DNA from: Candidatus Uhrbacteria bacterium RIFCSPHIGHO2_02_FULL_46_47
GTDB taxonomy: Bacteria > Patescibacteriota > Patescibacteriia > GWA2-47-26
Length of the DNA stretch: 64,000 bases
Assembly: GCA_001790815.1 (NCBI GenBank)
Contig: MGDU01000022.1
Location: forward strand, 108 to 64,107
Direction of reading: 5' to 3'
Below the pieces are notes generated by a model. The model had not been told where the DNA came from, did not search any database, and saw nothing but the letters and a program-made list of their open reading frames with translations. How positions within the stretch are numbered: the first letter of the stretch is position 1; each line of letters opens with the position of its first letter. This document shows, piece by piece, positions 1 through 8,887 of the stretch. A program made the translations under genes and the position numbers.

Positions 1-215
1 GATACCCCAAGCTGGACAAAGCGATCCGGGAATTCTTTTTTAAACGCAAGCGAGCGGGTAGACTCGGTCAGATCACAACAAAGCACGACCACATTTTTAT
101 TTGCTTTTCCGGCCGCGACAATTCCTTGCCCATAGCCATCGCGGGTTGGCTTTTGTTCTAATTGAGAGATGTTCAGTAGAGCAGGATTTAACTTTGCTGA
201 AGGGTTTAGTGGCAT
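1..215 (-). CDS. Transketolase, C-terminal (pyrimidine-binding) subunit; 5' part only, runs off the window
   Basis: Hand translation from ATG at 215: MPLNPSAKLN...KPTRDGYGQGIV...VVVLCCDLTESTRS...FPDRFVQLGVS; directly follows the N-terminal subunit gene. Confidence 0.85.
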   Translation of the reverse strand, partial: MPLNPSAKLNPALLNISQLEQKPTRDGYGQGIVAAGKANKNVVVLCCDLTESTRSLAFKKEFPDRFVQLGV

Positions 216-219
216 AGTT

Positions 220-1080
220 TTACTCGTGCTCTGAAGTTATTTTACCTTGCAAAGTGCGCAACTCCAAAAGTGCTTGCGCGGCTTGTTCTTTGTTTGGCGG
301 TATGCCGTGCCATTCAAATTTTTTCTCCATAAAAGAAACTCCGCGGCCGGGAATAGTGTGCGCGATAATTACCGTGGGTTTTTCGTAAATTGTTTTGGCT
401 TCTTCAACCGCGTTTATAAATTGACGCATATCATTGCCATTAGCCTCAATCACATGCCAATTATTCGCCTCGTATTTTGCGCGCAAAGGCTCAAGAGGCA
501 TAATATCTTCCGTGTTTCCGTCAATCTGGATATTGTTGCGGTCAATAATGCCGGTAAGGTTGGAAAGTTTATTGCGGCCGGCAAAAAGCATTGCTTCGTA
601 ACAAACTCCGGCGGCTTGCTCCGCGTCAGACATCGCGCAATAGGTGCGCCATTTTTTGCCATCCATGCGCGCCCCATAAGCCAGACCAGCGGCTTGTCCA
701 AGCCCAGAGCCCAGCGGCCCAGAGGTGGTCTCTACTCCGGGAAGCCGCAACCGCTCTGGATGTCCTTGGAGTCGCGTGCCAAATTTGCGCAGAGTTTTAA
801 GCTCTTCAATTGGAAAATAGCCGGCCAGCGCCATGGTAGCGTAGCGTACTGGACAAATATGACCGTTTGATAAAATCAAGCGGTCGCGATCTGGCCATTC
901 CGGATTTTTTGGATCATGATGCAAAATATGAAAATAAAGCGCCACAAAAATATCCGCCATGCCTAAAGGTCCGGCCGAGTGTCCAGACTTCGCTTCCAAA
1001 AGCATCTCAATAATCAGCTCGCGAACTTTAAGAGCTTTTTCTTCTAACTCTTTGACTTTCTCGTCATGGATGTGCGGCAT
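220..1080 (-). CDS. Transketolase, N-terminal (TPP-binding) subunit
   Basis: SGHSAGPLG, DRLILSNGH, LQGHP, GPLGSGLG and NNIQIDG motifs. Confidence 0.95.
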   Translation of the reverse strand: MPHIHDEKVKELEEKALKVRELIIEMLLEAKSGHSAGPLGMADIFVALYFHILHHDPKNPEWPDRDRLILSNGHICPVRYATMALAGYFPIEELKTLRKFGTRLQGHPERLRLPGVETTSGPLGSGLGQAAGLAYGARMDGKKWRTYCAMSDAEQAAGVCYEAMLFAGRNKLSNLTGIIDRNNIQIDGNTEDIMPLEPLRAKYEANNWHVIEANGNDMRQFINAVEEAKTIYEKPTVIIAHTIPGRGVSFMEKKFEWHGIPPNKEQAAQALLELRTLQGKITSEHE

Positions 1081-1165
1081 GGATTTTGAGTATGTAGTAT
1101 GTAGTTATGTAGTATGTAGGAGTGTTTATAATTCCCCTACGTTCTACCTACTACTTACTACTCAA

Positions 1166-1258
1166 CTAGCTTCGCACTGTGGCGACAAGTGCCAGGATAA
1201 GAATTATAACCGTGAGTGCAATAACGGTACCAATAAGGATCCAAAATAATTTTTTCAT
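1166..1258 (-). CDS. Small single-pass membrane protein (30 aa)
   Basis: Hand translation MKKLFWILIGTVIALTVIILILALVATVRS*; ATG 1 nt after the rpe stop, same strand as the operon. Confidence 0.5.
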   Translation of the reverse strand: MKKLFWILIGTVIALTVIILILALVATVRS

Positions 1259-1259
1259 A

Positions 1260-2021
1260 TTATTTAGAGGTTAATTTTAAAAGTTTATTATATGCATCTT
1301 GAGGATTAGAAGCGCCGTAAATGGCGCTGGCGGCGGCAAGGCGTGTGGCGCCAGCTTGGAACAACTCCTCCGCATTGCTTAAGTTTACACCACCATCCAC
1401 CTCTATGGGAAGGTGGGGATATGTTTTGCGCAAAGCACTGATTTTTTTAAGCACATGCCGCTGGAATGATTGCCCGCTTTTGCCCGGATTTACGCCAAGA
1501 AATAAAACACAATCTACAAGCAATTGTTTCCCCTCACCTTTTTCCTCTCCCCCAGGGAGGGGGTAGGGTGAGGGTGTAAGATATGGTGCAAGCATACTTA
1601 TGGGTGTGTCCGGATTAAGCGAAAGCCCTTCTTCTGCCCCATGCTTTTTTATATATTGTATAATCTGCATTATGTCATCGCGAGGCCGAAGGCCGTGGCG
1701 ATCTCTTTCCACATGAAACAAAATCCTCTTTGCCCCGGCCTTTATCCAGGCCTTGGCGTGCTTTAGTGGATCAACCACCATCAAATCAACTTCAATATTG
1801 TAGTCGCCGGTCTTTAGCCGGCGTTTTTTGTGTCGCGCAGGCTGAAGACCTGCGGCTACCTTTTTCGGCTCTGCCCAAGTCTTATACGGCGCAAACTTGC
1901 CATCCACCACATCAATCTGAATCCAGCGCGGCTTTGGGCGTAACTTTTTAATCGTGGCTAACTTATTTTTAAAATCCGAAAAATTCTTAGCAAGGATAAC
2001 TGGAATAATCTCACGCTTCAT
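1260..2021 (-). CDS. rpe: Ribulose-phosphate 3-epimerase, with three in-frame repeat insertions
   Basis: IQIDVVDGKF, EVDLMV, LSLNPDTP, GVNPGKSGQ, IEVDGGVN; start placed at MKREII. Confidence 0.92.
   Translation of the reverse strand: MKREIIPVILAKNFSDFKNKLATIKKLRPKPRWIQIDVVDGKFAPYKTWAEPKKVAAGLQPARHKKRRLKTGDYNIEVDLMVVDPLKHAKAWIKAGAKRILFHVERDRHGLRPRDDIMQIIQYIKKHGAEEGLSLNPDTPISMLAPYLTPSPYPLPGGEEKGEGKQLLVDCVLFLGVNPGKSGQSFQRHVLKKISALRKTYPHLPIEVDGGVNLSNAEELFQAGATRLAAASAIYGASNPQDAYNKLLKLTSK
1800..1859. repeat. GTAG-type REP doublet (REPIN-like), 60 bp, in frame in rpe. Other doublets at 4590-4644, 29372-29425, 44622-44671; singles at 14244-14267, 24917-24940, 33408-33431; divergent doublet at 47115-47165
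   Basis: GTAGTCGCCGGTCTTTAGCCGGCG and CGCAGGCTGAAGACCTGCGGCTAC units in inverted orientation; GTAG followed by an imperfect hairpin. Confidence 0.85.
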
Positions 2022-2034
2022 ACTCAAATCATTT

Positions 2035-2218
2035 CCTCCCCTTAAGTCCACGCAGGGCGTCGGAGGTAAGGGGAGGCCTGCCTGCCGGCAAGGCAGGTTA
2101 GGAGGGGTTATGAAGCAATTTTACCATTCCCTTGACATTTTGGCAACAAAAATAAATCCGCCCTTTGAGGCGGATAGGCATAACTCACCCTGCCCCTCTC
2201 TTGAGATAAGAGAGGGGT
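2035..2218. repeat. Composite intergenic palindromic repeat cluster (CCTCCCCTTAAG/TAAGGGGAGG family with a nested CCTGCCTGCCGGCAAGGCAGG)
   Basis: Matches copies at 6188-6274, 24336-24388, 28020-28103, 56252-56377, 57417-57495 and 63151-63229. Confidence 0.8.
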
Positions 2219-2634
2219 TAAATGTTCATTCGCGGGAAGGGTTCCATGCTCATGATATTTTGAGCTTCGGTAGGCGTGAGCACTTTCTTTTCACTTAAAA
2301 GAGAAGTGAGTTTACGAACTTTTGCATCCTCTTTATTGATGATGAATACAATCTCACCTTTTTGGTTTGCTAGTGCACGATCAAGATAATCTTTATCCAC
2401 CATGTTGGATTTGAGATAACCAACATTTGATTTCAGTGTAGAAACATCGGATTTGAGCGTTCCAACATCGGATTTGAGCGTTCCCACATCTGCCTCAACT
2501 TTATCAAAACGTTTATCCATCTTTGTGGAAAAGTCATTGACTACCTCTAGTATCTCGTCGATTCGTCCATCCGTGTGTTTTTGTCCCTCGGTTATTGCCT
2601 TGAGAAGTTCGGTATTGGTTGGTTCTTGATTCAT
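2218..2634 (-). CDS. Coiled-coil protein with tandem DVGTLKS heptads
   Basis: 21-nt tandem repeats at about 2427-2490 encode DVGTLKS-DVGTLKS-DVSTLKS-NVGYLKS. Confidence 0.75.
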   Translation of the reverse strand: MNQEPTNTELLKAITEGQKHTDGRIDEILEVVNDFSTKMDKRFDKVEADVGTLKSDVGTLKSDVSTLKSNVGYLKSNMVDKDYLDRALANQKGEIVFIINKEDAKVRKLTSLLSEKKVLTPTEAQNIMSMEPFPRMNI

Positions 2635-2676
2635 ATGACTATAGTATATAAAGTAGAGTGCATCGGTGTCAAGCAA

Positions 2677-3231
2677 TTATTTTTCAATCCGCGCGATCTT
2701 TTTCAGTCTTCGTACATGGCGCGGCTCGCCGGAAAATGGAGTGGCAAGCCAAATATCAATTATTGGTTTGGCTTGAGCAAAGGTTAGGGCTAGGTCGCGG
2801 GCGGCAGGATCTTTGGTTTTACCGCCGCCAAAGCACAAAACATTGGTGTCATTGTGCCAGCGACTCATCTTAGCGCTCACTTTATCCCAAGCGCGCACGG
2901 CGCGTACGCCTTTTACTTTGTTGGCCACAATACACTCGCCAATTCCAGAGCCGCCTAAGGCAATTCCCCTCACCCCAACCCTCTCCCACACGGGGAGAGG
3001 GAGAGCGTTTGAATTCCTCCTCCTTAATGGGGGAGGATTAAGGTGGGGGTGGGCTTTGGCAACCGCTTTGGCCATAGGAATTATAAAATCTGGATAATCA
3101 TCTTCTGGGTTATACTCATGCGGCCCAAAATCGCGCACTTTATAGCCGCGTTTTTTCAAATACGCCACAATTTGTTTTTTAAGCTCAAACGCGGCATGAT
3201 CCCCGGCGAGGTAGATGGTTGGCCTTGCCAT
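2677..3231 (-). CDS. rpiB: Ribose-5-phosphate isomerase B (RpiB/LacAB family), with an in-frame palindrome at 2966-3051
   Basis: IYLAGDHAAFELK, DDYPD, GGSGIGECIVANKVKGVRA, HNDTNVLC, RHVRRL. Confidence 0.93.
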   Translation of the reverse strand: MARPTIYLAGDHAAFELKKQIVAYLKKRGYKVRDFGPHEYNPEDDYPDFIIPMAKAVAKAHPHLNPPPLRRRNSNALPLPVWERVGVRGIALGGSGIGECIVANKVKGVRAVRAWDKVSAKMSRWHNDTNVLCFGGGKTKDPAARDLALTFAQAKPIIDIWLATPFSGEPRHVRRLKKIARIEK

Positions 3232-3363
3232 AGTCATCTATTCTACCGAACTCTTGACAAATACGCAAAATCATGCTATATTAAAAAGGTTCTTTGATGG
3301 CAAGCCTGGGGTCTTGGCAATTCTGCCAGGATGAGAGGTAAGCCAGAACATGGAGAGTGGATC

Positions 3364-3969
3364 ATGGCAAAAAACATGGGTCCGGGTCAGAAGTCAGCGG
3401 TTCGATCGGCCGCAGGTAAGATGGCGGCGATCTGGATGGCGCTCGAGGCAGCCGTGCGTCAACGCGGTGGCAACGACGACGCGATCCTGCAGCTCGATTC
3501 GGAGGGAGCACAGTCGCTCCTCGAGAAGATCGCAGAATTGCTCGTCGCGAAGGTGGCCGTGCCTATCGTGAACGTCGCCTACCAAGCGGTGCTCACCTGG
3601 GTCATCGCGGTCTGCCGGTTCGTGTCCTACGTGGACCCGAATATCACGGCCGCGAACTTCCAGCTCCAGCTCGGAGACCTCACGCTCAAGGAAGTCATCG
3701 TCGTCGCAATCGACAAGGCGATGAGCACCGCCGACGTGCTCCAGCATCTGGACAACCAAGGTCTGCGGCCAGCCACGCTCCTGGAGCTCCTCTACTGGTG
3801 GTTGACCAACCCGAATAAGCACGCTAACTGCCTAGTGGTTGCGCTCGGACAGGTTTGGCGGGGTGGTGTGCCCTACGTCTACGGCCGCGGTGTTTGCCGG
3901 GAGCTCAGCCTCTGCGCGGTTGCGAGCGGCTGGGGTCAGGTCTGCAGCTTTGCCGCCGTCCGCAAGTAG
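3364..3969 (+). CDS. DGR target protein with a C-terminal variable region
   Basis: 3' end 3852-3968 aligns without gaps to 4392-4508 with adenine-only differences; GC-rich ORF with a purine-rich RBS. Confidence 0.9.
   Translation: MAKNMGPGQKSAVRSAAGKMAAIWMALEAAVRQRGGNDDAILQLDSEGAQSLLEKIAELLVAKVAVPIVNVAYQAVLTWVIAVCRFVSYVDPNITAANFQLQLGDLTLKEVIVVAIDKAMSTADVLQHLDNQGLRPATLLELLYWWLTNPNKHANCLVVALGQVWRGGVPYVYGRGVCRELSLCAVASGWGQVCSFAAVRK
3852..3968 (+). repeat. DGR variable repeat (VR)
   Basis: 117 bp; 21 mismatches to TR (15 A>G, 5 A>T, 1 A>C by hand count); identical GC-rich 3' end TTTGCCGCCGTCCGCAAGTA (IMH-like). Confidence 0.95.
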
Positions 3970-4032
3970 GTCACTTGGGCCCTGGGAACCTTGGCCTTTG
4001 CAATGTTCCATTGGACCCTTGGTTCCGTTTTC

Positions 4033-4073
4033 CCCCGCACGTTGCGTAAGCGACGTGCGGGGCGTTTCTTTTT
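4033..4073 (+). terminator. GC-rich hairpin with a GTAA loop and T-tract downstream of VR (terminator and/or DGR homing hairpin)
   Basis: CCCCGCACGTTGC-GTAA-GCGACGTGCGGGG followed by CGTTTCTTTTT. Confidence 0.75.
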
Positions 4074-4240
4074 GTGCTAAACTAACGATGGAGAGTAAAC
4101 GAAACAGTCCGCGGTCAATGAAGTTTATTCTTCTAGGCTTCGGGCGGTTGAAATCTGGGTGTACCGAAAAAGCCAGAATCATTGCGGCTACGGCTTCAAT
4201 GAGCGCGCAACGGTACAACTCTAAAAATGAAAATACTTGG

Positions 4241-4376
4241 TGTAGAGAAGTAGCGGGATAACGTCCCGGAATACGATTCAACCCTGAGAGTCCCGATGTA
4301 AAGTCGGGATGCCACGCATAATTTTTCATTACTGTGTGGCATATTCAAAGGGTGGTGGCGCGGACGCTTCTCTACA
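4241..4376 (+). ncRNA. Putative structured 5' domain of the DGR template RNA
   Basis: TGTAGAGAAG (4241-4250) pairs with CTTCTCTACA (4367-4376), enclosing hairpins at 4254-4268, 4291-4309 and 4309-4342. Confidence 0.55.
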
Positions 4377-4391
4377 TAATTATGACGGCTT

Positions 4392-4508
4392 GGTTTGGCA
4401 GGGTAATGTGCCCTACGTCAACGGCAACGGTGATAACCGGAAGCTCAACCTCAACACGGTTGCGAACGACTGGAATCAGAACTACAGCTTTGCCGCCGTC
4501 CGCAAGTA
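4392..4508 (+). repeat. DGR template repeat (TR)
   Basis: AAC/AAT-rich non-coding copy of VR; 21 of its 31 adenines differ in VR and no non-A position differs. Confidence 0.95.
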
Positions 4509-4516
4509 TCCCCATT

Positions 4517-4545
4517 CTCCTCCTACGTAGGAGGAGTTTGTTTTT
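4517..4545 (+). terminator. Intrinsic terminator directly after TR
   Basis: Perfect 20-bp palindrome CTCCTCCTACGTAGGAGGAG followed by TTTGTTTTT. Confidence 0.75.
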
Positions 4546-4651
4546 GGGCTTGTGAAAATGATGGAAATAGGGTAAAGTATTAAAATTATGTAGTCGTCGG
4601 TCTTTAGCCGACGCACATTTCGCAGGCTGAAGACCTGCGGCTACAGTTGCT

Positions 4652-7600
4652 ATGGCCAATATACCATTTCCAAAACGCGAAGAAGAAATTCTTGAGTTTT
4701 GGGATAAGAATCACGTATTTGAAAAATCTTTACAAAAACCCTCGCCAAAAGGAGAGTTTGTTTTTTATGACGGTCCGCCGTTTGCTACTGGCCTGCCGCA
4801 CTATGGTCATATTTTGGCCTCCACCATCAAAGATGTTATTCCGCGATATAAAACCATGCGTGGCTATCATGTGCGCCGGCGGTGGGGCTGGGATTGCCAC
4901 GGTTTGCCGATTGAAAATATTGTAGAGCAAAAACTGGGCATTTCTGGAAAAAAGCAAATTGAAGAGCGCGGGATTGCGGAGTTTAATCGGGCTTGTAGAG
5001 AAGGCGTTTTGGCCTATGCGGCAGAATGGGGGAAAATGGTGCGCCGTATCGGACGCTTCGTGGAGTTTGAAAATTCCTACAAAACCATGGATTCCACCTA
5101 CATGGAATCAGTGTGGTGGGCACTTAAACAAATTTGGGACAAAAAACTTATTTATGAAGGACGCAAAGTGCTTCTTTATTGTCCGCGCTGTGAAACTCCG
5201 ATTTCCAACTTTGAAGTCGCCATGGACAACAGTTATGAAGAGGTTACGGAGGAGGCGGTTATAGTAAAATTTCTAATTCACCTAATTTCTAATTCACCTA
5301 ATCAAATTCCAAATAATGCGCCGGTGTACATGCTCGCGTGGACCACTACGCCGTGGACGCTGCCGGGAAACGTGGCGTTGGCAGTGGGAGAGGAGATTGA
5401 TTATGTGATGGTGCGTACCCCCTCACCCGCTCCAACCACGGTTGGAGCACCCTCTCCCGCACGGGGAGAGGGAGATCGTTTTGATTCCTCCCCCTTGATG
5501 GGGGAGGATAAAGGTGGGGGTGAGTATCTGATCCTTGCCAAATCCCGCCTTGCAATCCTCACCGAACCATATGAAGTCGTGCAAGAAATGAAGGGTAAAG
5601 ATTTGGTTGGACTTGAATATGCGCCGCTATTTAAAGTAGAAGGACTGTCCTTGCGCGCGCGCAAAGACAGTCCTTCTCGTCGAGCTTTCAAGGTGTATCC
5701 TGCGGATTTTGTGACGACCGAAGAGGGCACAGGCATTGTGCACACGGCTGTAGTGTATGGTGAAGATGATTATAATTTGGGACTCAAATACAAATTGCCA
5801 GTGGTACCTTTGCTTGATGAAAAAGGTGTATTTAATGAAAAATCGCCAGAGCTCATCTCCGGGCAGTATTTTAAAGATTCGGAAAATACCATTAAAAAAG
5901 ATCTGGAGGCGCGGGGACTTATGTACAAGCGCGAGAAGTATACGCACTCCTATCCATTTTGCTGGCGTTGTGATACGCAGCTTTTTTACAATGCTATTCC
6001 AGCTTGGTTTGTTAAAATTTCCAAACTTAAGAAAAAACTCCTGAAACTTAATGAGAAAATTAACTGGTATCCAGAGCATTTAAAACATGGTCGGTTTAAA
6101 AATGGCCTTGAAAATGCGCCAGATTGGAATATCTCACGTAATCGGTATTGGGCTACTCCTTTGCCGTTTTGGAGATGTGTTGTGCATAACCCTCCCCAGC
6201 CCTCCCTTACCTTAAGGGAGGGAGAGAATTTAAGTCCTCCCCTTAAGATAAGGGGAGGTGCAGGAGGGGTTATGAATGGTGGCTGTGGTAACGTGGTTTG
6301 CATTGGGTCGTTTCAGGAGTTGAAGCAACGTGCGACAAATTACGACGAGGTGTACAAGTCGCATGATCTTAAGGATATTGATTTACACCGTCCGTATATT
6401 GATGAGGTGAAAATCAAGTGCGATAAATGCGATAGCGAGATGCGGCGCATTCCGGAAGTCGTGGACTGTTGGGTAGAATCCGCGTCCATGCCGTTTGCCG
6501 AGTTTCATTTTCCGTTTGAAAATCAGGAAGAATTTAAAAGGCGTTATCCGGCGGATTTTGTGGCAGAATACATTGCACAAACGCGGGCTTGGTTTTATGT
6601 CATGCATGTAATTGGTAGCGCGATTTTTGGAAAGCCGCCATTTAAAAATGTGGTTACCACTGGCACGATTCTGGCAGAGGATGGCAGTAAGATGTCTAAG
6701 TCAAAACAGAATTTTCCTGATCCGTGGGATTTGATTAATCGTTATGGTGTTGATGCTTTGCGTTTTCACCTTATGACTTCGGTTGTCATGCAAGCTGACA
6801 ATCTGAATTTTTCCGAGCGCGAGGTTGATGGGATTTATAAAAAAGTAGTATTGCTTACGCAAAATGTACTGAGTTTTTACAAATTGTATGCACCACCCCT
6901 AACCCCTCCTCCACAAGGAGGGGAAACGAATCAATTTCCTCCCCTGCCCGAGGGTATTTCCTCCCCTGCCCGAGGGGAGGCTAGGAGGGGTGGGAGCGGA
7001 GGGGTGGGAGATGTACCGTCTAATTCACGCCACATTCTTGATCGCTGGATTATAGCGCGGCTCCATGAAACAATTCGTGATATGACTGAAGGGTTAGATC
7101 GTTATGATGTAGTGCGAGCTGGGCGTTTGATTCCAGAGTTTGTAAATAATCTTTCAACTTGGTATTTGCGCAGATCGCGCGAGCGTTTCAAAAGCAGTAA
7201 AAAATCAGAACGTGAATCAGCTCTACGTACTACGTCCTACATTCTACATACTTTTTCCCAACTGCTCGCTCCCTTTATGCCGTTTTTGGCAGAACATGTG
7301 TGGCAAGAAGTTACGAGTTACGAGTTACGAGTTACGAGTTACTCGGTACATTTAGCTGACTGGCCTAAGGTGAAGAAATCCAAAATTGATACGGCACTGC
7401 TTGAGGAGATGCGAGTGGCGCGAAAAATTGTGGAATTGACGCATGCGGCGCGCGCCGAGGCAAAAATCAAAGTACGTCAGCCGTTGGAAGAATTAAAAAT
7501 TCAAAATGTAAAATTAAAAATGAGTGAGGAATTATTGAGATTGATTGCGGAGGAGGTGAATGTGAAAGAGGTGAAGATTGTCCCCTCACCTCAATCCTCT

Positions 7601-8041
7601 CCCACGGGGGGAGAGGAAGTAATTGGCAATCCCTCTCCCCGCAGTACTGCGGGGAGAGGGCAGGGTGAGGGTGGCTGGGTTACCAAGACCGACGGCACAC
7701 TTACGATTTCACTCAACACCGCAATCACTCCGGAACTTCAAAAAGAAGGTCTGGCGCGCGAGTTGACCCGTCATATTAATGAAGTGCGCAAGATTGTAGG
7801 ACTTACTCCGCAAGATACCGTGCATGTGATGGTTGCGGTGATTGCCCCCTCTCCCCCAACCCCTCTCCCCCAGGGAGAGGGTAGGGTGAGGGAAGTAGTG
7901 AAGGATTTTCAAAAACAACTGCGCAAATCCGTAATCGCGGCGTCAGTCAAGGTGGTCAACGCCCCGCAAGAAGTTGACTGGTCGCATGAGGTAGAGCTTG
8001 AAAATCACGAGAAACTTTGGGTGGGGATGAGGAGAGGTTGA
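4652..8041 (+). CDS. ileS: Isoleucine--tRNA ligase, type 2, with about 10 in-frame repeat insertions
   Basis: DGPPFATGLPHYGH, GWDCHGLP, WTTTPWTLP, DWNISRNRYW, KMSKS. Confidence 0.97.
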   Translation: MANIPFPKREEEILEFWDKNHVFEKSLQKPSPKGEFVFYDGPPFATGLPHYGHILASTIKDVIPRYKTMRGYHVRRRWGWDCHGLPIENIVEQKLGISGKKQIEERGIAEFNRACREGVLAYAAEWGKMVRRIGRFVEFENSYKTMDSTYMESVWWALKQIWDKKLIYEGRKVLLYCPRCETPISNFEVAMDNSYEEVTEEAVIVKFLIHLISNSPNQIPNNAPVYMLAWTTTPWTLPGNVALAVGEEIDYVMVRTPSPAPTTVGAPSPARGEGDRFDSSPLMGEDKGGGEYLILAKSRLAILTEPYEVVQEMKGKDLVGLEYAPLFKVEGLSLRARKDSPSRRAFKVYPADFVTTEEGTGIVHTAVVYGEDDYNLGLKYKLPVVPLLDEKGVFNEKSPELISGQYFKDSENTIKKDLEARGLMYKREKYTHSYPFCWRCDTQLFYNAIPAWFVKISKLKKKLLKLNEKINWYPEHLKHGRFKNGLENAPDWNISRNRYWATPLPFWRCVVHNPPQPSLTLREGENLSPPLKIRGGAGGVMNGGCGNVVCIGSFQELKQRATNYDEVYKSHDLKDIDLHRPYIDEVKIKCDKCDSEMRRIPEVVDCWVESASMPFAEFHFPFENQEEFKRRYPADFVAEYIAQTRAWFYVMHVIGSAIFGKPPFKNVVTTGTILAEDGSKMSKSKQNFPDPWDLINRYGVDALRFHLMTSVVMQADNLNFSEREVDGIYKKVVLLTQNVLSFYKLYAPPLTPPPQGGETNQFPPLPEGISSPARGEARRGGSGGVGDVPSNSRHILDRWIIARLHETIRDMTEGLDRYDVVRAGRLIPEFVNNLSTWYLRRSRERFKSSKKSERESALRTTSYILHTFSQLLAPFMPFLAEHVWQEVTSYELRVTSYSVHLADWPKVKKSKIDTALLEEMRVARKIVELTHAARAEAKIKVRQPLEELKIQNVKLKMSEELLRLIAEEVNVKEVKIVPSPQSSPTGGEEVIGNPSPRSTAGRGQGEGGWVTKTDGTLTISLNTAITPELQKEGLARELTRHINEVRKIVGLTPQDTVHVMVAVIAPSPPTPLPQGEGRVREVVKDFQKQLRKSVIAASVKVVNAPQEVDWSHEVELENHEKLWVGMRRG

Positions 8042-8164
8042 TAGGAAAACGCAGATTTGGTATACTAAAAGTGAACTTAAGATTAACTAAAAATACCTAA
8101 GGCACGCTTAAATTTTTGACCAATCCTCCTAAGCACCTGCTGTTTCGGAGCAAAAAATCCGCTT

Positions 8165-8812
8165 ATGAAAAAACTTATTTCATCCATAACAGCAGGAATA
8201 TTTGCGTTTTCGGCATTGGCTGCGTTTGCGCAGTCAGATGATCTGGGCCGCGAGGCAACGCAAGAAGTACTTAAGGAAACGCCGGCTGCGTCCACCACAA
8301 CCTCCGCGCCAATGTCAGCGGAAGAAGCTAAATATAAAACCCTCATACGCTCGGATGCCGCAACATTTAAGGTAGAACTCACTCCGTCAAATGAAACCAC
8401 AGCTACAAATTTCGTCACCTATGGCACTTCTGAAAAAACCAAAGCCCTTGGCGCGGGCGAGCGGCGCGCGGTTATGCGCGATTACTTTGAAACCGTAGGA
8501 CGCGGCAATGTAAACTATGAGGATGTGGAACGCATCACTAAAGGGGAAAAGCCGGTTTCCCGCAATCTGGAAAAAGAGCGTGTGCAAGTCGGAGCCGCGC
8601 TCAAAGTCTTTACCAAAATCTTCGGCCACAATCCAGATTTCCAAGATCCCAAAGAAGATCTGGCCTGGAATGCGCTTCTTTATCGCATCCGCTTCTCGCG
8701 CGACCTTGCAAAAGAGCGGGAGGGCATTGCGGAATTTAAAATGATTTTCAAACGTGCACCCGCAACTCCGCTGGATTGGGCTGCTGTGCGGGTGTTGGGG
8801 TATGTGTTATAG
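8165..8812 (+). CDS. Secreted hypothetical protein
   Basis: Signal peptide MKKLISSITAGIFAFSALAAFA; 215 aa. Confidence 0.75.
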   Translation: MKKLISSITAGIFAFSALAAFAQSDDLGREATQEVLKETPAASTTTSAPMSAEEAKYKTLIRSDAATFKVELTPSNETTATNFVTYGTSEKTKALGAGERRAVMRDYFETVGRGNVNYEDVERITKGEKPVSRNLEKERVQVGAALKVFTKIFGHNPDFQDPKEDLAWNALLYRIRFSRDLAKEREGIAEFKMIFKRAPATPLDWAAVRVLGYVL

Positions 8813-8887
8813 TTTATAGTATAAAAGGCTCTTTGAAAAATATCCTTAGCATGAACACCGTCAGGGCCTCTTTAAGGAGGGAGTGCG

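Noticed and set aside
3832-4329. ORFs 3832-4329(-), 3839-4261(+) and 4309-4530(+) as Avd or RT remnants
   Set aside because: No Avd helical pattern or RT motif. They overlap VR/TR, and 4309-4530 is simply the open frame of TR.
4652-8041. Inteins or group I/II introns as the source of the extra segments
   Set aside because: Inserts are only about 20-120 nt, lack intein termini and intron cores, and match intergenic palindromes.
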